64,000 nt of DNA from an uncultured Chthonomonadaceae bacterium (GTDB taxonomy: Bacteria; Armatimonadota; Chthonomonadetes; Chthonomonadales; Chthonomonadaceae): positions 320,001 to 384,000 of the forward strand of contig CAWFQB010000004.1 in NCBI GenBank assembly GCA_963817895.1. Reading direction: 5' to 3'. This document shows positions 32,032 to 43,355 of the stretch, piece by piece. The notes below the pieces were generated by a model. It ran no database searches and was not told the DNA's origin. It worked only from the letters and a program-made list of their open reading frames with translations. How positions within the stretch are numbered: the first letter of the stretch is position 1; every line of letters begins with the position of its first letter. Position numbers and translations under genes: made by a program.

Positions 32032-32814
32032 ATGAGTGATGTTTACTTGTTTCGGACAACTTTACGCGAACTGCTGCGGCCTAAGAATCTTGTCGGCATC
32101 GGACTGCTGCTTCTGCTCAGTCCGATTGTGGCCGGGTTGTGGCGCGTCAGCGCGGTTTCCGCCGGGGATTACAACGCCGGGGCCGTGTACAACGACATGA
32201 TGACGGACATGGTGTACGGCTTTGTCGTGCTGATACTGGCGGTTGTTTTCGGCACGTCGGCCATCTCGCAGGAGGTGGAGGGCAAGACCATCGTCTATCT
32301 GCTGACGCGCCCGGTTCCGCGTTGGCGTATTCTGCTGATGAAGTTTCTGGCCGTCAATATCGTGGTGTTGGGAGTGGCGTGGCTGTCCACGCTGCTGATC
32401 GCGCTGGTGACGTTCGGGCCGGGCGGGTTGAGCGTTTCGCCCCTGCCGCGTGATCTGGGCATTTTGCCGCTTGCCGTCGCCGCGTATGGCGGATTGTTTC
32501 TGCTGCTGGGCGTAATGGTGAACCGGGCGATGCTGTACGGCCTGCTGTTCGCGTTCGGGTGGGAATCGTGGGTTCCAAGCCTGCCGGGTTCGTTTCATCG
32601 GGTTTCGCTGATGGCATACGTGCGCGTTCTGTCGCCCCACATCAACGACAACCCCGCAGCGCAAATGGCGGCTGCTCTGACCGGCGCGACGGAAGAAGTG
32701 ATTTCCAGCGGCATGGCATGGACAATTCTGCTCACCGTAATTGCTGTTACCCTGCTCGCGGCCCTGAGCATGTTTTCCACCGGCGAGTATGTGCCGCGCG
32801 AAGAGGCCGGGTAG
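32032..32814 (+). CDS. ABC-2 type permease
   Basis: EVEGKTIVYLLTRPVPRWRILLMK motif; about 6 TMs. Confidence 0.85.
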   Translation: MSDVYLFRTTLRELLRPKNLVGIGLLLLLSPIVAGLWRVSAVSAGDYNAGAVYNDMMTDMVYGFVVLILAVVFGTSAISQEVEGKTIVYLLTRPVPRWRILLMKFLAVNIVVLGVAWLSTLLIALVTFGPGGLSVSPLPRDLGILPLAVAAYGGLFLLLGVMVNRAMLYGLLFAFGWESWVPSLPGSFHRVSLMAYVRVLSPHINDNPAAQMAAALTGATEEVISSGMAWTILLTVIAVTLLAALSMFSTGEYVPREEAG

Positions 32815-32825
32815 ATGCTACGCGA

Positions 32826-33491
32826 ATGATAAATGTTATGACCAATCCTATTCTCATTTCTCTGCAAGTCGGTACGCCGCGCAAACTGGATTTTCACGGC
32901 AAAGCGTGGGAAAGCGCGATTTTCAAAGCGCCGGTTGATGTTCGCGTACCCTTAGCGCGTACCAATCTGGACGGCGACCGGCAATACAACCTCAAGTTTC
33001 ATGGTGGGCCGGACAAAGCCGTGTGCTGCTTCTCGTCGGAACACTATCCCTACTGGCAAACTGAGTTCGGCATGGGCGATACGTTCACCTATGGCGCGTT
33101 CGGGGAGAACTTCACAGTTTCGGGACTGCCGGAAACGGAAGCATGTATCGGCGACGTATACGCGGTTGGCACGGCAAAAGTACAGGTCAGCCAGCCGCGC
33201 CAACCGTGCATCAATGTGGCCCGCAAGTGGGATCGCAGAGACATGCCCGAACGCATGATGGAGTTGGGACATACGGGCTACTATCTGCGAGTCACCCAAA
33301 CCGGCGAAGTGGGCGCGGGCGATGAACTGCGCCTGCTGGAACGCCCCTGTCCCGGTATTACAGTTCATCTGCTTAACCGCGCCATGTATCAGGACGAAAG
33401 TACGCGGGAACAGGACGAGTATCTGGCGCGCCTGCCCCTGCTCGCGGCCAGCGGCAGGCGCATTTTCCAGCGACGATTAAATAAGGAGTGA
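32826..33491 (+). CDS. MOSC domain protein (YiiM-like)
   Basis: SAIFK, LDGDRQ, HGGPDKAV, FGENFTV, SQPRQPC, TGYYLRV. Confidence 0.9.
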   Translation: MINVMTNPILISLQVGTPRKLDFHGKAWESAIFKAPVDVRVPLARTNLDGDRQYNLKFHGGPDKAVCCFSSEHYPYWQTEFGMGDTFTYGAFGENFTVSGLPETEACIGDVYAVGTAKVQVSQPRQPCINVARKWDRRDMPERMMELGHTGYYLRVTQTGEVGAGDELRLLERPCPGITVHLLNRAMYQDESTREQDEYLARLPLLAASGRRIFQRRLNKE

Positions 33492-34206
33492 ACCACGAGG
33501 AAGACCGGGGAACACGGGGAGGAGAGGGGAAGAAAAGGAGGGGCGGACAATGTTGTATACGCTGATTGCGGGTTTTGCTGTTGTGATGTCGCTGCTTGTT
33601 ATCATAGTGCAAAAACGCGAGGTCGAGGCGCGAAAAAAGGCTCTGTCGCAAACCACAGCGAACGATGGGGCAATACCAACAACCCAATCCTTTCCTGTAC
33701 CCCCACAGGAGATTGTCGCGAGTGATGGCCTGAGCCGTGTTCCCGCTTATGTGCATCGGCTTATGCAGTCGCAAAAAACGGCGACCGTGTTGATGATTTC
33801 CGCGCTGGATGGGCAGGAATTTATGAGCATTTTGCGCATGAACAGCGGATTTATACAATTCCACTTTCTTGCCAACTGGCCTGAAACATCGGACAGGCAT
33901 CAAAGAGCGCGGGACTTTTTTACCCGGCTAAACATTACGTCGGAGGAGTCGCAGGCGAATGGTTCGCGTATTTTCACATTTCCCGAAACCGGCAAGGAAG
34001 CGGATATTGCGTTCATGGTGAAAACCACGCTGATACAGGTTATGGATGTGAAGCAAAACGCGGGACTGAAGTTTACTTATGAAGAGCGCGATTTATAAAT
34101 TCTGTTAATTTTGTTTATCCTCTTATTTGCTCTTCTTTATTGTCTTTTTTCGTGTGTTTCGCGTATTTCGCGGTTCCCCTCTCCTCCCCGTGTTCCCCGT
34201 GGTTTA
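33489..34206. repeat. Nonamer-based inverted repeats (CACGGGGAA) bracketing an orphan gene
   Basis: Perfect 26-bp IR at 33506-33531 and 34174-34199, with outer AACCACG/CGTGGTT. Confidence 0.88.
33550..34098 (+). CDS. Hypothetical protein with N-terminal TM anchor
   Basis: AGGAGG RBS, 182 aa, one N-terminal hydrophobic helix; no family recognised. Confidence 0.7.
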   Translation: MLYTLIAGFAVVMSLLVIIVQKREVEARKKALSQTTANDGAIPTTQSFPVPPQEIVASDGLSRVPAYVHRLMQSQKTATVLMISALDGQEFMSILRMNSGFIQFHFLANWPETSDRHQRARDFFTRLNITSEESQANGSRIFTFPETGKEADIAFMVKTTLIQVMDVKQNAGLKFTYEERDL

Positions 34207-34298
34207 GCTGTTTTCCGGTTTTGTGATGCAGAAGTGAGTGGTTGTACGTATGTAGACAAAAAGGGAGTTCTCCCTGCCGCTAAAGGAGCGCGTTCCGC

Positions 34299-37218
34299 AT
34301 GGCCGAGCAAGCCGAAATCTCCGATCTGGATACCCCTGTACCATCTAATACTCCGCCTCCCACCATTGCCCAAACGGGAAAAAAACTGGTGCTGGTGGAT
34401 GCGTACGCGCTGCTGTTTCGCGCGTTTTTCTCCGGGCGCTATCTGTCTACAACTGACAACCGGCCAACGGGCGCGTTGTTCGGCTTTACCAACATGATAC
34501 TGTCCATTCTCAACAACGAGAAGCCGGACGCCATTGTGGTCTGTTGGGACGCGCCGCACCGGACGCACCGCAGCGTGGCCTTTGAAGAGTACAAAGCGCA
34601 TCGCCCGCCCGTAGACCCGCAACTATCCGCGCAGCAGCCGGTTGCCCGTGAAATCGTGGCCGCGTTCGGCATACAATCGGCGGAAATGGCCGGGTATGAG
34701 GCCGACGACCTGATTGGGACGCTGGCGCGACAGGGCGTTCAGGACGGCTACCATGTCATTGTGCTGACCGGCGATTCGGATACGCTGCAACTGGTCAACG
34801 ACCATGTTCATGTGCAGATTACGCAGCGCGGCGTGTCGGAAGTGAAGGTTTACGACGAGGCCGCCGTGCGGGAGCGGTACGGCATCGGGCCGGAGTGTAT
34901 CGCGGATTTCAAAGCGCTCACGGGCGACACCAGCGACAACATTCCGGGCGTACCCGGCATTGGCGACAAAACCGCGTCCGCCCTGCTGCAAAAGTTCGGT
35001 TCGCTGGAAAAACTGCTGCAAGTGGCGGAAGCCGGGGGCGAGGGCATCGCGCCGCCCAAAGCCAAAGCCGCGCTGGAAGCCAATGTAGAGCAGGCGCGGT
35101 TCTCGAAAAAACTGGCAACCATTGTCTGCGACGCGCCGATGGAATTCGCCATCGAACCCTACGCGCCAACCGAAGCCAACTGGCAGGACGCGCGGCAGAA
35201 GTTTCACGAACTGGAATTCAAGTCGCTGTTAGGCCGCCTGCCCGCGCCGAGCAAAACGGGAGCGGGAACAGCGGAGGATGCGGCGGAAGAGCGGCGCGTT
35301 CCCGAAGCCACGTTCAGCGCGGTTGGCATTGCCATTCATTCGCTGGAAGAGTTGGCGGACGCCCTTGCCGCCGTCCAGAAAAGCAAAACGGCTGGTATCC
35401 GCTTTGAAACCGATGGCGAACTGCCCATGCTCGCTACCCTGACCGGGTTGGCCTTTGCCCCTTCCAGAGAGGTTAGTTATTACGTCGCTATACGTGATGC
35501 CGCGCCCGCCGCAACGCCTGCAATCGCCGCGATTTCAACCGCCAATGCGCAAACCGGGTTGTTCGATGAAGACACCGTAGAGGAACAGGTAGCAAGTAAA
35601 AAGGCAAAAGGCAAAGGGAAAAAGCAGGAAGCGCAAAATCCAATAGATGAGAATAGATTTGCGGTCAGCATAGAAGATTTACAACCCCTGTTTGAAGACG
35701 CCGCAATCAATAAAACCGGTTACAACGTCAAACCGCTGGAAATCATTCTGGAACGGGCGGGCGTGAAGGTTGCGCCGTTCACCTTTGATGTGCTGATTGC
35801 CGCGTATCTGCTGGAAGCGGGGCGCTCCTCTTACCCCCTCCTCGATCTGGCGGAAACGCATCTCGACGCGGTTGTGGAAGCCGATGACGCCTATGTGGAG
35901 GGCGCGATGCTGATGCAGGAGTCCGCGCTGCTTGTGGCACTTGTGCCGCCTCTGCGCGAAGCCCTTGCCGCCGTGAAAATGACAGACATCATGGACACGA
36001 TGGAAATGCCGCTCGTGCCTGTGCTGTGCAAAATGGAGCAGGCGGGACTTGGCGTGGACGTGCCATATCTCAGCACACTTGGCGAACGCATGGGCCGACA
36101 GATGGACGCGCTTGCCGAAGAGATTTACACTCTTGCGGACGAGCGGTTCAACATCGGTTCCATCAAAAAACTACAGGAGATTCTGTTCGACAAACTGCAA
36201 TTGCCATCCGGCAAAAAGACCAAGACCGGGTATTCCACAGGCGCGGACGTGCTGGAAGCGCTGGCAGTGGAACACCCCATCGCCCGCAAAATCATTGACT
36301 GGCGCGAAATCGCCAAGCTGAAATCCACGTATGCCGACGCGCTGATTCGCCTTATCAATCCCGAAACCGGGCGCGTCCATACCAGCCTGAACCAGACGGT
36401 TGCAAGCACGGGACGCTTGAGTTCGTCCGACCCGAACCTGCAAAACATCCCTATTCGCAGCGAAATCGGGCGCGAAATCCGGCAGCGCGTTTATCGCGCC
36501 CAAAGGCAAAATGCTGCTGTCGTGCGATTATTCGCAGGTGGAACTGCGGCTGCTTGCCCATGTCACCGGCGACCCGACATTGACGCAGGCGTTTCTCGCG
36601 GATGAGGACATTCACAAAGCCACTGCCGCGCAGGTCTTTGAGGTTCCTCTCGAAGAGGTCACATCCGATCAGCGGCGGCAGGCGAAAACCATCAATTTCG
36701 CCGTGATTTACGGGCAGTCCGGCTTCGCGCTTGCGGCCATGCTGGGCGTCGGCACGGGCGTCGCGACCACATGGATCAAGGAATACTTCGAGCGGCTGCC
36801 CGGAGTTAAGAAATACGTAGACGATACCACCGCGCTCGCCCACAAGCAAAAGTACGTGCAAACCCTGCTTGGCAGGCGGCGTTACGTGCCGGAACTCGAC
36901 AGCGGCAATGCGCAGGTGCGGCAGGCGGCGGAACGCGCAGCCGTCAACATGCCCATTCAGGGCACGGCTGCCGACATCATTAAACTCGCCATGATCCACG
37001 TCAAGAAGTACCTTGACGAAACCTGTCACGACGGCTGTACCCTGCTGCTTCAGGTGCATGACGAACTGCTGTTCGAGGTGGATGCCGACATGGTGCAGAC
37101 CATCACGCCCGAAATCAAGCGTATTCTGGAATCCGCCTTTCCGCTCAACGTTCCCCTCCGCGCCGACGCCAAGTACGGGCAAACGTGGGCGGAAATGTCG
37201 CCCGTGCAAACGAAATAA
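34299..37218 (+). CDS. polA: DNA polymerase I, frameshift near 36485
   Basis: 5'-3' exonuclease motifs (EADDLIGT, GDTSDNIPGVPGIG), TGRLSSSDPNLQNIP, motif A DYSQVELR, motif B AKTINFAVIYG, motif C QVHDEL. Confidence 0.95.
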
Positions 37219-37321
37219 ACCACGGGGAACACGGGGGACACGGGGAGAAGAGTGGAAATGAGAGAAAAACTGCTTTCTCTTCCCTTCTCCTCCCCGTGTC
37301 CCCCGTGTTCCCCGTGGTTTA
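37216..37321. repeat. Cargo-free nonamer inverted-repeat hairpin between convergent genes
   Basis: Perfect 32-bp IR TAAACCACGGGGAACACGGGGGACACGGGGAG (37216-37247 and 37290-37321); each end contains the TAA stop of a flanking gene. Confidence 0.92.
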
Positions 37322-38158
37322 GCCTTCAACGTAGCGTTTCAGCAGGGCAATGGTTTTACGTGCGCCGCCAATTTCGTCGCCGTCACGGGGTACGGATTCG
37401 ATGCCCCAGCAGCCTTTGTAGTTGGCGTCCAGCAGGATGTGAATGGCGGAAACAGCATCTTCATCTGATATTTCATTGCCGTCCGCGCCGAATTCAAAGG
37501 TTTTGAGATGCGTCGCCGTCGCGTAGGGCGCGCATATTCGCCTGCCCTCGTCACGCAGTTCCCGTTTCCAGTTGTGCATGTCCAGCAGCAAGCCCAAACT
37601 ATCAATGCCCTCCAGAAGTTTAATAACGTTGTCGGGTATTACCGTTGGCCCCCAGTGATTTTCCACGACAATCTCAATTCCAAGCGGCGCGGCGCGGTCA
37701 ATCAGGTCGCGGTAGCCTTCGCGTATAATGGCAAATACGGGATCGGGCATATCTTCCGGCCCGCCCGCGTCAATACGTATCTGGCTTGCCCCTAATTGAT
37801 GCGCGATGTCGAGCCACTTGTAGGCGCGTTCGCGGTTCGCCTGCCGCGCTTCTTTGGTCGGCTCGTAGATGTGCGCCCCGTCAACGGCAATGCAGCCGAA
37901 CGGCAATCCAGCCTTATCCGCCGCCTGCCGAACGCGGGAAATGTAGTCCTCGTCCGCAGCCGTTAAATGCTGAAATTGACCGGGACTGCGCCCGACGTGA
38001 GAAGCGTCGTCACTGCTTTTCAAGTCGGCCAGATGCGCGTTCCAGGGATCGAGTTGGGTGCAGCCGAGCGCTTTGCAGTCCTGAATGTACTGAAAAATGT
38101 CCTGCTTACCGTCCGCGAGCAAGCGATGAAAACTAAATGAGCAGATTCCGATTTGCAT
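37319..38158 (-). CDS. Sugar phosphate isomerase/epimerase (xylose-isomerase-like TIM barrel)
   Basis: VVENHWG, LLLDMHN, HLKT, WGIE metal-binding pattern. Confidence 0.85.
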   Translation of the reverse strand: MQIGICSFSFHRLLADGKQDIFQYIQDCKALGCTQLDPWNAHLADLKSSDDASHVGRSPGQFQHLTAADEDYISRVRQAADKAGLPFGCIAVDGAHIYEPTKEARQANRERAYKWLDIAHQLGASQIRIDAGGPEDMPDPVFAIIREGYRDLIDRAAPLGIEIVVENHWGPTVIPDNVIKLLEGIDSLGLLLDMHNWKRELRDEGRRICAPYATATHLKTFEFGADGNEISDEDAVSAIHILLDANYKGCWGIESVPRDGDEIGGARKTIALLKRYVEG

Positions 38159-38190
38159 AGATAACCTCACATGACGAGACGAAAAGAATT

Positions 38191-38221
38191 TAGCCGCGAA
38201 TATACGCGAATACACACGAAT
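38191..38221. repeat. 10-mer tandem (CGCGAATATA-like) x3
   Basis: ccgcgaatatacgcgaatacacacgaat; its reverse complement resembles the 9-mer array ttcgtgtgtttcgcgtatttcgcgg at 34149-34173. Confidence 0.65.
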
Positions 38222-38331
38222 GTTAATACGAGAGGAGAGAGCGATTTTCCTGTTACGATTGGAATTCCGGCAGGGAACAGGCGGCCAGGGCGCGAATTTA
38301 AGCGTATTACATTGTGAGGAGCAAACCAAAT

Positions 38332-39174
38332 ATGACGACACATACCGCATCGCGAGTTGGCGTTTCCACCTATAGTTTGAGCCGCGCATTGGGCGCGACG
38401 TACCAGGACACGCCCGCCAATCCTGAGCGAACGCGCCGGGAACCTGCCACGCCGGGAAACCTGACGCTGCTGGAATTGCCTGCCCGAATCGCGGACGCGG
38501 GCATCCATTCGCTGGAGATTTCGCACCCGCATCTGCCGAACCGCGACGCCTCATATCTGAACGAGCTGCGAAGCGCGTTGGACGGGGCGGGCGTCGAGTT
38601 GTTCTCCGTGCTGATTGAAACCGGCGACATTACCCATCCCGAACATGCCCGCCGGGACTTGGATTGGATAGCGGGCTGGATGGAAACCGCTTCGCAACTG
38701 GGCGCGGAACGGGCGCGCGTAATTGCGGGACATGCCGCGTATACTCCCGAAACCTTGCGGCGCAGTCGGTGTGGATTGGAAGAACTAGCGCAGCGCGGCA
38801 ACGATTTGGGCGTTCGGGTGACGACGGAAAACTGGTTCGACCTGCTGGCGACGCCGGATGCGGTTCACGCGCTCATGGGCAGTCTGGAGGGGCGTATCGG
38901 CTTCAATCTGGATTTCGGCAACTGGGGCGGCGCGAACAAGTATGAGAATCTGGCCTCCATTTTCTCGTATGCCGAATCCTGCCACGCCAAATGCGATTTC
39001 GTCGCGCCTTATGAAGCGAATAAAGACGATTTTAACCGCTGTCTGGAACTCAGTCGCGCCGCCAATTTCGCCGGACCCTATACGCTGATTTACAACGATG
39101 GCGCGGGCAGCGACGAGTGGCGCGGCCTTGCGGCAGAACGAGAATTGGTTATGCCCTACTTGAAAGTGGAGTAG
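38332..39174 (+). CDS. Sugar phosphate isomerase/epimerase (TIM barrel)
   Basis: TTENW, LDFGNW, CHAK motifs; GAGGAG RBS. Confidence 0.8.
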   Translation: MTTHTASRVGVSTYSLSRALGATYQDTPANPERTRREPATPGNLTLLELPARIADAGIHSLEISHPHLPNRDASYLNELRSALDGAGVELFSVLIETGDITHPEHARRDLDWIAGWMETASQLGAERARVIAGHAAYTPETLRRSRCGLEELAQRGNDLGVRVTTENWFDLLATPDAVHALMGSLEGRIGFNLDFGNWGGANKYENLASIFSYAESCHAKCDFVAPYEANKDDFNRCLELSRAANFAGPYTLIYNDGAGSDEWRGLAAERELVMPYLKVE

Positions 39175-39223
39175 GAGAGGCTGAACAGGCGTGGCGGAAT
39201 CGGGATGCGCAAAGGGGCGGGGG

Positions 39224-42134
39224 ATGAATTTACCGACTGGAACCGTGACGTTTCTCTTTACCGACATCGAAGGCAGCACAAAAATATGGGAGCGTTGTCC
39301 TGAAGCGATGCGCCTTGCTCTGGCGCGTCACGATGCTTTATTGCGGCAAGCCATCGAGGGACACAGCGGCTGCGTGTTCAAAACCGTGGGCGATGCCTTT
39401 TGCGTTGCCTTTCCGAATGCCCCGGACGCGCTTCACGCCGCCCTGGATTCGCAGTTGATTCTCACAGGCGCAGGAATGGGGCGAAACCGGGCCGCTGAAA
39501 GTCAGGATGGGCCTGCATACGGGCGAGGCCGAGGAGCGCGACAACGACTATTTCGGGCCAACGCTCAATCGCGCCGCCCGCCTGCAATCAATCGCGTATG
39601 GCGGGCAAACGCTTGTTTCGCAAGCCACGTATGAACTCGCGCGAGATCGTCTGCCAGACGACGTGAAACTTCAGCCGCTCGGATTACACCGCCTGAAAGA
39701 CCTGAACCGAGCCGAACAGGTACATCAGATACTCCATCCGCAATTGCCCTCCGACTTTCCGCCTCTCCGGTCACTGGACAGTTTTCCCAACAATCTGCCC
39801 ATTCAGCTTACCAGTTTTGTGGGGCGCGAACCGGAAATGGAAGCCATCAGGAATTTGCTGGCTGCGCATCCCCTCGTCACGCTGCTTGGACCCGGCGGAA
39901 CGGGCAAGACCCGGTTAAGTATGCAAGTGGGCGCGGACATGCTGGAACGGTTTCCCGATGGCGTCTGGCTTATCGAACTGGCCCCGCTGTCCGATCCTGC
40001 GCTGGTTGCGCAGGCGGTAGCCTCGGTAATCGGGGCAAAGGAGGCGGCAGGCTGTTCCCTGACGCAGACGCTTGTGGAAACCCTGAAACCGCGCGCCACG
40101 CTGCTGATTCTGGACAACTGCGAACATCTCATCGCTTCCTGCGCCCGGTTAGCCCAAACGCTGTTACAATCCTGTCCGCATCTACAGATTTTAGCCAGCA
40201 GCCGCGAGGGGCTGAACATTCCGGGCGAATTCTGGTACCGCGTCCCCTCCCTGCGTCTGCCCGACCCGAAGAAAAGGCATACGCTTGCTTCACTCTCCCA
40301 ATTCGAGGCCGTCCTTTTGTTTGTGGATCGCGCCGTGTGTATTCAAAGCGCGTTTGCCGTCACCAACCAGAACGCCCCAGCCCTTGCGCAATTGTGCAGC
40401 CGACTGGATGGAATTCCGCTTGCGATAGAACTGGCCGCCGCCCGTATCCGTTCCCTGAGCGTAGAAGAGATCAACGCCAAACTGGACAATTGCTTCCGCC
40501 TGCTCACGGGCGGAAGCCGAACCGCGCTGCCGCGCCAGCAAACCCTCCGCGCCCTGATTGACTGGTCCTATGACATGCTTGCCGCGCCGGAAAAGACGCT
40601 GCTGCGCCGCCTGTCCGTGTTTACGGGCGGATGGACGCTGAAAGCCGCTGAAGTGGTGGGCGCGGGCGAGGAGGTGGAGGATTGGGAGGTTCTGGACCTG
40701 CTTACAAGTTTGAGCGATAAGAGTCTGGTTGTGGCCGAGCAGGAGGGGGAACACACGCGCTACCGCTTACTGGAAACCATTCGACAGTATGCCCGTGACC
40801 GATTGATGGAAAGCGGGGAAGCCGAAGCCATAAGGCAGCAACATCATGTTTGGTTCGCGCTATTTGTGGAGGAGACTTCCGCCCATCTTTCGGGGGCGAG
40901 GCAGCAGTCCACCCTGGAAATGCTGGAAAAAGAGCATGACAACCTGCGAACCGCGCTGGAATGGGCGATTGCGAGTGAGGCCGACACCGCGCTGGCAATG
41001 GCGGCGACAATGGGAGTTTTCTGGTATCTCAGCGGCTATCTGCGCGAGGGTAGCGAGCAACTGGAACGAGCGCTTGCAATCCGTCCAACAAAGCAGACGC
41101 CCGAGATACAGGTGGAAGCCTGCTTTCAGATAGGCCGATTGTGGGTTGAACAGAGCAATTTCCAGTTTGCGCGTCCGTATCTGGAGCGGTGCGTGACTCT
41201 GGCGCAACAAACGGGAAACAAACGCCGCGCCGCCTCCGCGCTGAACAGCCTGGGTATCATCACGCTTCAGCAGGGCGAACATGCGTCCGCCCGCTCGCTG
41301 TTTGAAGAGAGTTTGGTATTGCACCGGGAGCTTGGGAATACCACAGGCATCGCGTCCGGCCTGAGCAACCTGGGAAATCTGGTACAGGATCAGGGCGATT
41401 ACGCGGCAGCAAGAGCGTTCCAAGAGGAGAGCTGGGCGCTGTATGAGAAATCGGGCGATAAGCGCGGCGTTGCCAATGCCCTCATCAACCTTGGCAGCAC
41501 ACTCTATCTTGCCGGCGAGATTGACAGGGCGCGGGTTCTAACCGAACAGAGTCTGGCAGTTGGACAGGAATTAAACGATGAGTGGTACTGTTCTTACTCG
41601 CTATGCAATCTGGCAATGATTTTGAAGCATCAGGGCGAGTATGCGCGCGCAAAGCAACTGGCTGAAGAGAGCCTTGCCATCGTGCGCGGTATCGGGGATA
41701 CCGGGGAAACGGCAGCCGTCCTTGCTGTTCTGGGTGAAATCGCCTGCGTGGAGCGGGACTATGTTTCAGCGCGTTCGCTGTTTGAAGAAAGCTTGGCGTT
41801 ACAACAGCAACTCGGACAAAAAAGCCAGTGCGTGAGTTTGCTGGAAGATTTCACCGCGCTTGCCGTAGCCCTGCTGGAAGACTCAAACCAGCCTGAAACC
41901 GCGCGCCCGTATGCCCTGCAAGCCACGCGATTGTTGGGCGCGGCGGAAGCGCAACGGACGCTTTTGGGAACGCCTCTGCCTCCTGTTGCTCAACCATCTT
42001 ATGCCGCTACAATGAAAACTCTAGAATGCTTTGTCGCCCCCGAAGATTTTGCCGCCGCCCGCGCAGAGGGAGAGGCCATGAAGCTGGAACAAGCGATTGC
42101 CTGCGCATTGTCTGATCCCAACCAGAAGAAGTGA
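39224..42134 (+). CDS. Class III adenylate/guanylate cyclase - STAND ATPase - TPR protein, frameshift near 39470
   Basis: TFLFTDIEGST, KTVGDAF, RMGLHTG, NRAARL; GPGGTGKT, LILDNCEH, LDGIPLAIELAA, RYRLLETIRQYA; C-terminal TPR-like repeats. Confidence 0.9.
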
Positions 42135-42351
42135 CAACCTGAACGAGTTCTCCATGCCAACCAGTCTCTACAAGTATCGCAAACAACAGGTACGCGCCCG
42201 GTCACGTGACATGCGCTGCGGTTTAGGCTACCAACGCTTTGACGCTTTGTGGCGCTTTGCTTCTATCCCCAAACACAAGAAACGGGCGGAACACGCGGCA
42301 ACTGCTTGCTCGCGCCAAAACGCTGATGCAAACCGATCCGGGCGCATATTA

Positions 42352-43300
42352 ACCCAAGTTGCTACCTAACTTTTTAGCCAGTGATGGCAAAGGCCAGCAC
42401 GGTGAGGAACACCTTCAACTCAAAGCCGCGTGGTGTCACGGCATGAATGCACTTGGCAAACCGCAAGTTGATCTGACTAAAGGTGGTTTCCACTCGTTTG
42501 CGCGTGTATTGGCTGAGGTACGTGACCCAACCCGGCACTTGACGGGTGCTGTTCTTTTTGCGCGCCGCAATCAACTCGATCTTGGCGTGTTGGCCTAAGA
42601 AGTCCTCGACCGTATAATCGGTGTAAGCGGCATCGGCATGTACTTCGGCATCTGGGGGCAAGTCCAGCGGCAAGCTCCGAAACGCATTGATGTCGGCGAC
42701 GCTGCCGGGTTCTATCAGGATTTCGACGGGCTGACCATTGGCCGCAATCAGCAAATGCACCTTCACGCCGTAGAAATAGCGCTTTTTGCTGGCGATAACG
42801 CCGCGAAACGCCGCGTCCGGGTACAATTTGCACCGCCAGATGCGAATGTTGTCACACACCGGTACCGGGCAACTGTCCACGACATACTCGCCCGACGGGT
42901 TGGTGTGGATCGCACACAGCGCCAGAACGTGCCAGAGCGCTTGCCAGAGCGTGTCGGGCAAAGCGTGCAGGCGACGATTGAGCCGGCTTTTGGAGAGCAT
43001 TGTGGGAATGTAGCCGTGTTCTTTGAGGAAAATGCGGCTTAGTTCCTGATTGCCGACGAAGAACGTGGCGGCCACCAGCACGGTGGTCATCACTTCGGCA
43101 TCGGTCATGCGGGCTTGCGGGTCTTCTTTATGCCCATAAGCTAAAAGAAAGTCGGCACAAACACAGTAAATTGTGATAATCTTTTCTTGCATAACGGAAC
43201 TCCTGTCTAGTGTGGGTTGGCACTTTCACTATACCAGAGACCGTTATGCGCTTCACAAAATGCTCGGCTGCTTGCTACACGCTTAGGTAGCAACTTGGGT
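42352..43300 (-). mobile_element. IS982-family insertion sequence (second, distinct element)
   Basis: Perfect 18-bp IRs ACCCAAGTTGCTACCTAA (42352-42369 and 43283-43300), 5-bp target duplication TATTA. Confidence 0.93.
42374..43192 (-). CDS. IS982-family transposase
   Basis: MTDAEVMT, SKSRLNRRLH, VDSCPVPVC, FYGVKVH, ADAAY, RKRVETTFSQI. Confidence 0.92.
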   Translation of the reverse strand: MQEKIITIYCVCADFLLAYGHKEDPQARMTDAEVMTTVLVAATFFVGNQELSRIFLKEHGYIPTMLSKSRLNRRLHALPDTLWQALWHVLALCAIHTNPSGEYVVDSCPVPVCDNIRIWRCKLYPDAAFRGVIASKKRYFYGVKVHLLIAANGQPVEILIEPGSVADINAFRSLPLDLPPDAEVHADAAYTDYTVEDFLGQHAKIELIAARKKNSTRQVPGWVTYLSQYTRKRVETTFSQINLRFAKCIHAVTPRGFELKVFLTVLAFAITG

Positions 43301-43355
43301 TATTACCAATCTCCGGCAGGACGCGCGTGGGGAGAAGAATGAGTACAAGACGGAC

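Noticed and set aside
3581..37321. Tandem arrays as CRISPR
   Set aside because: Units are 7-10 nt without unique spacers, and no cas genes are present.
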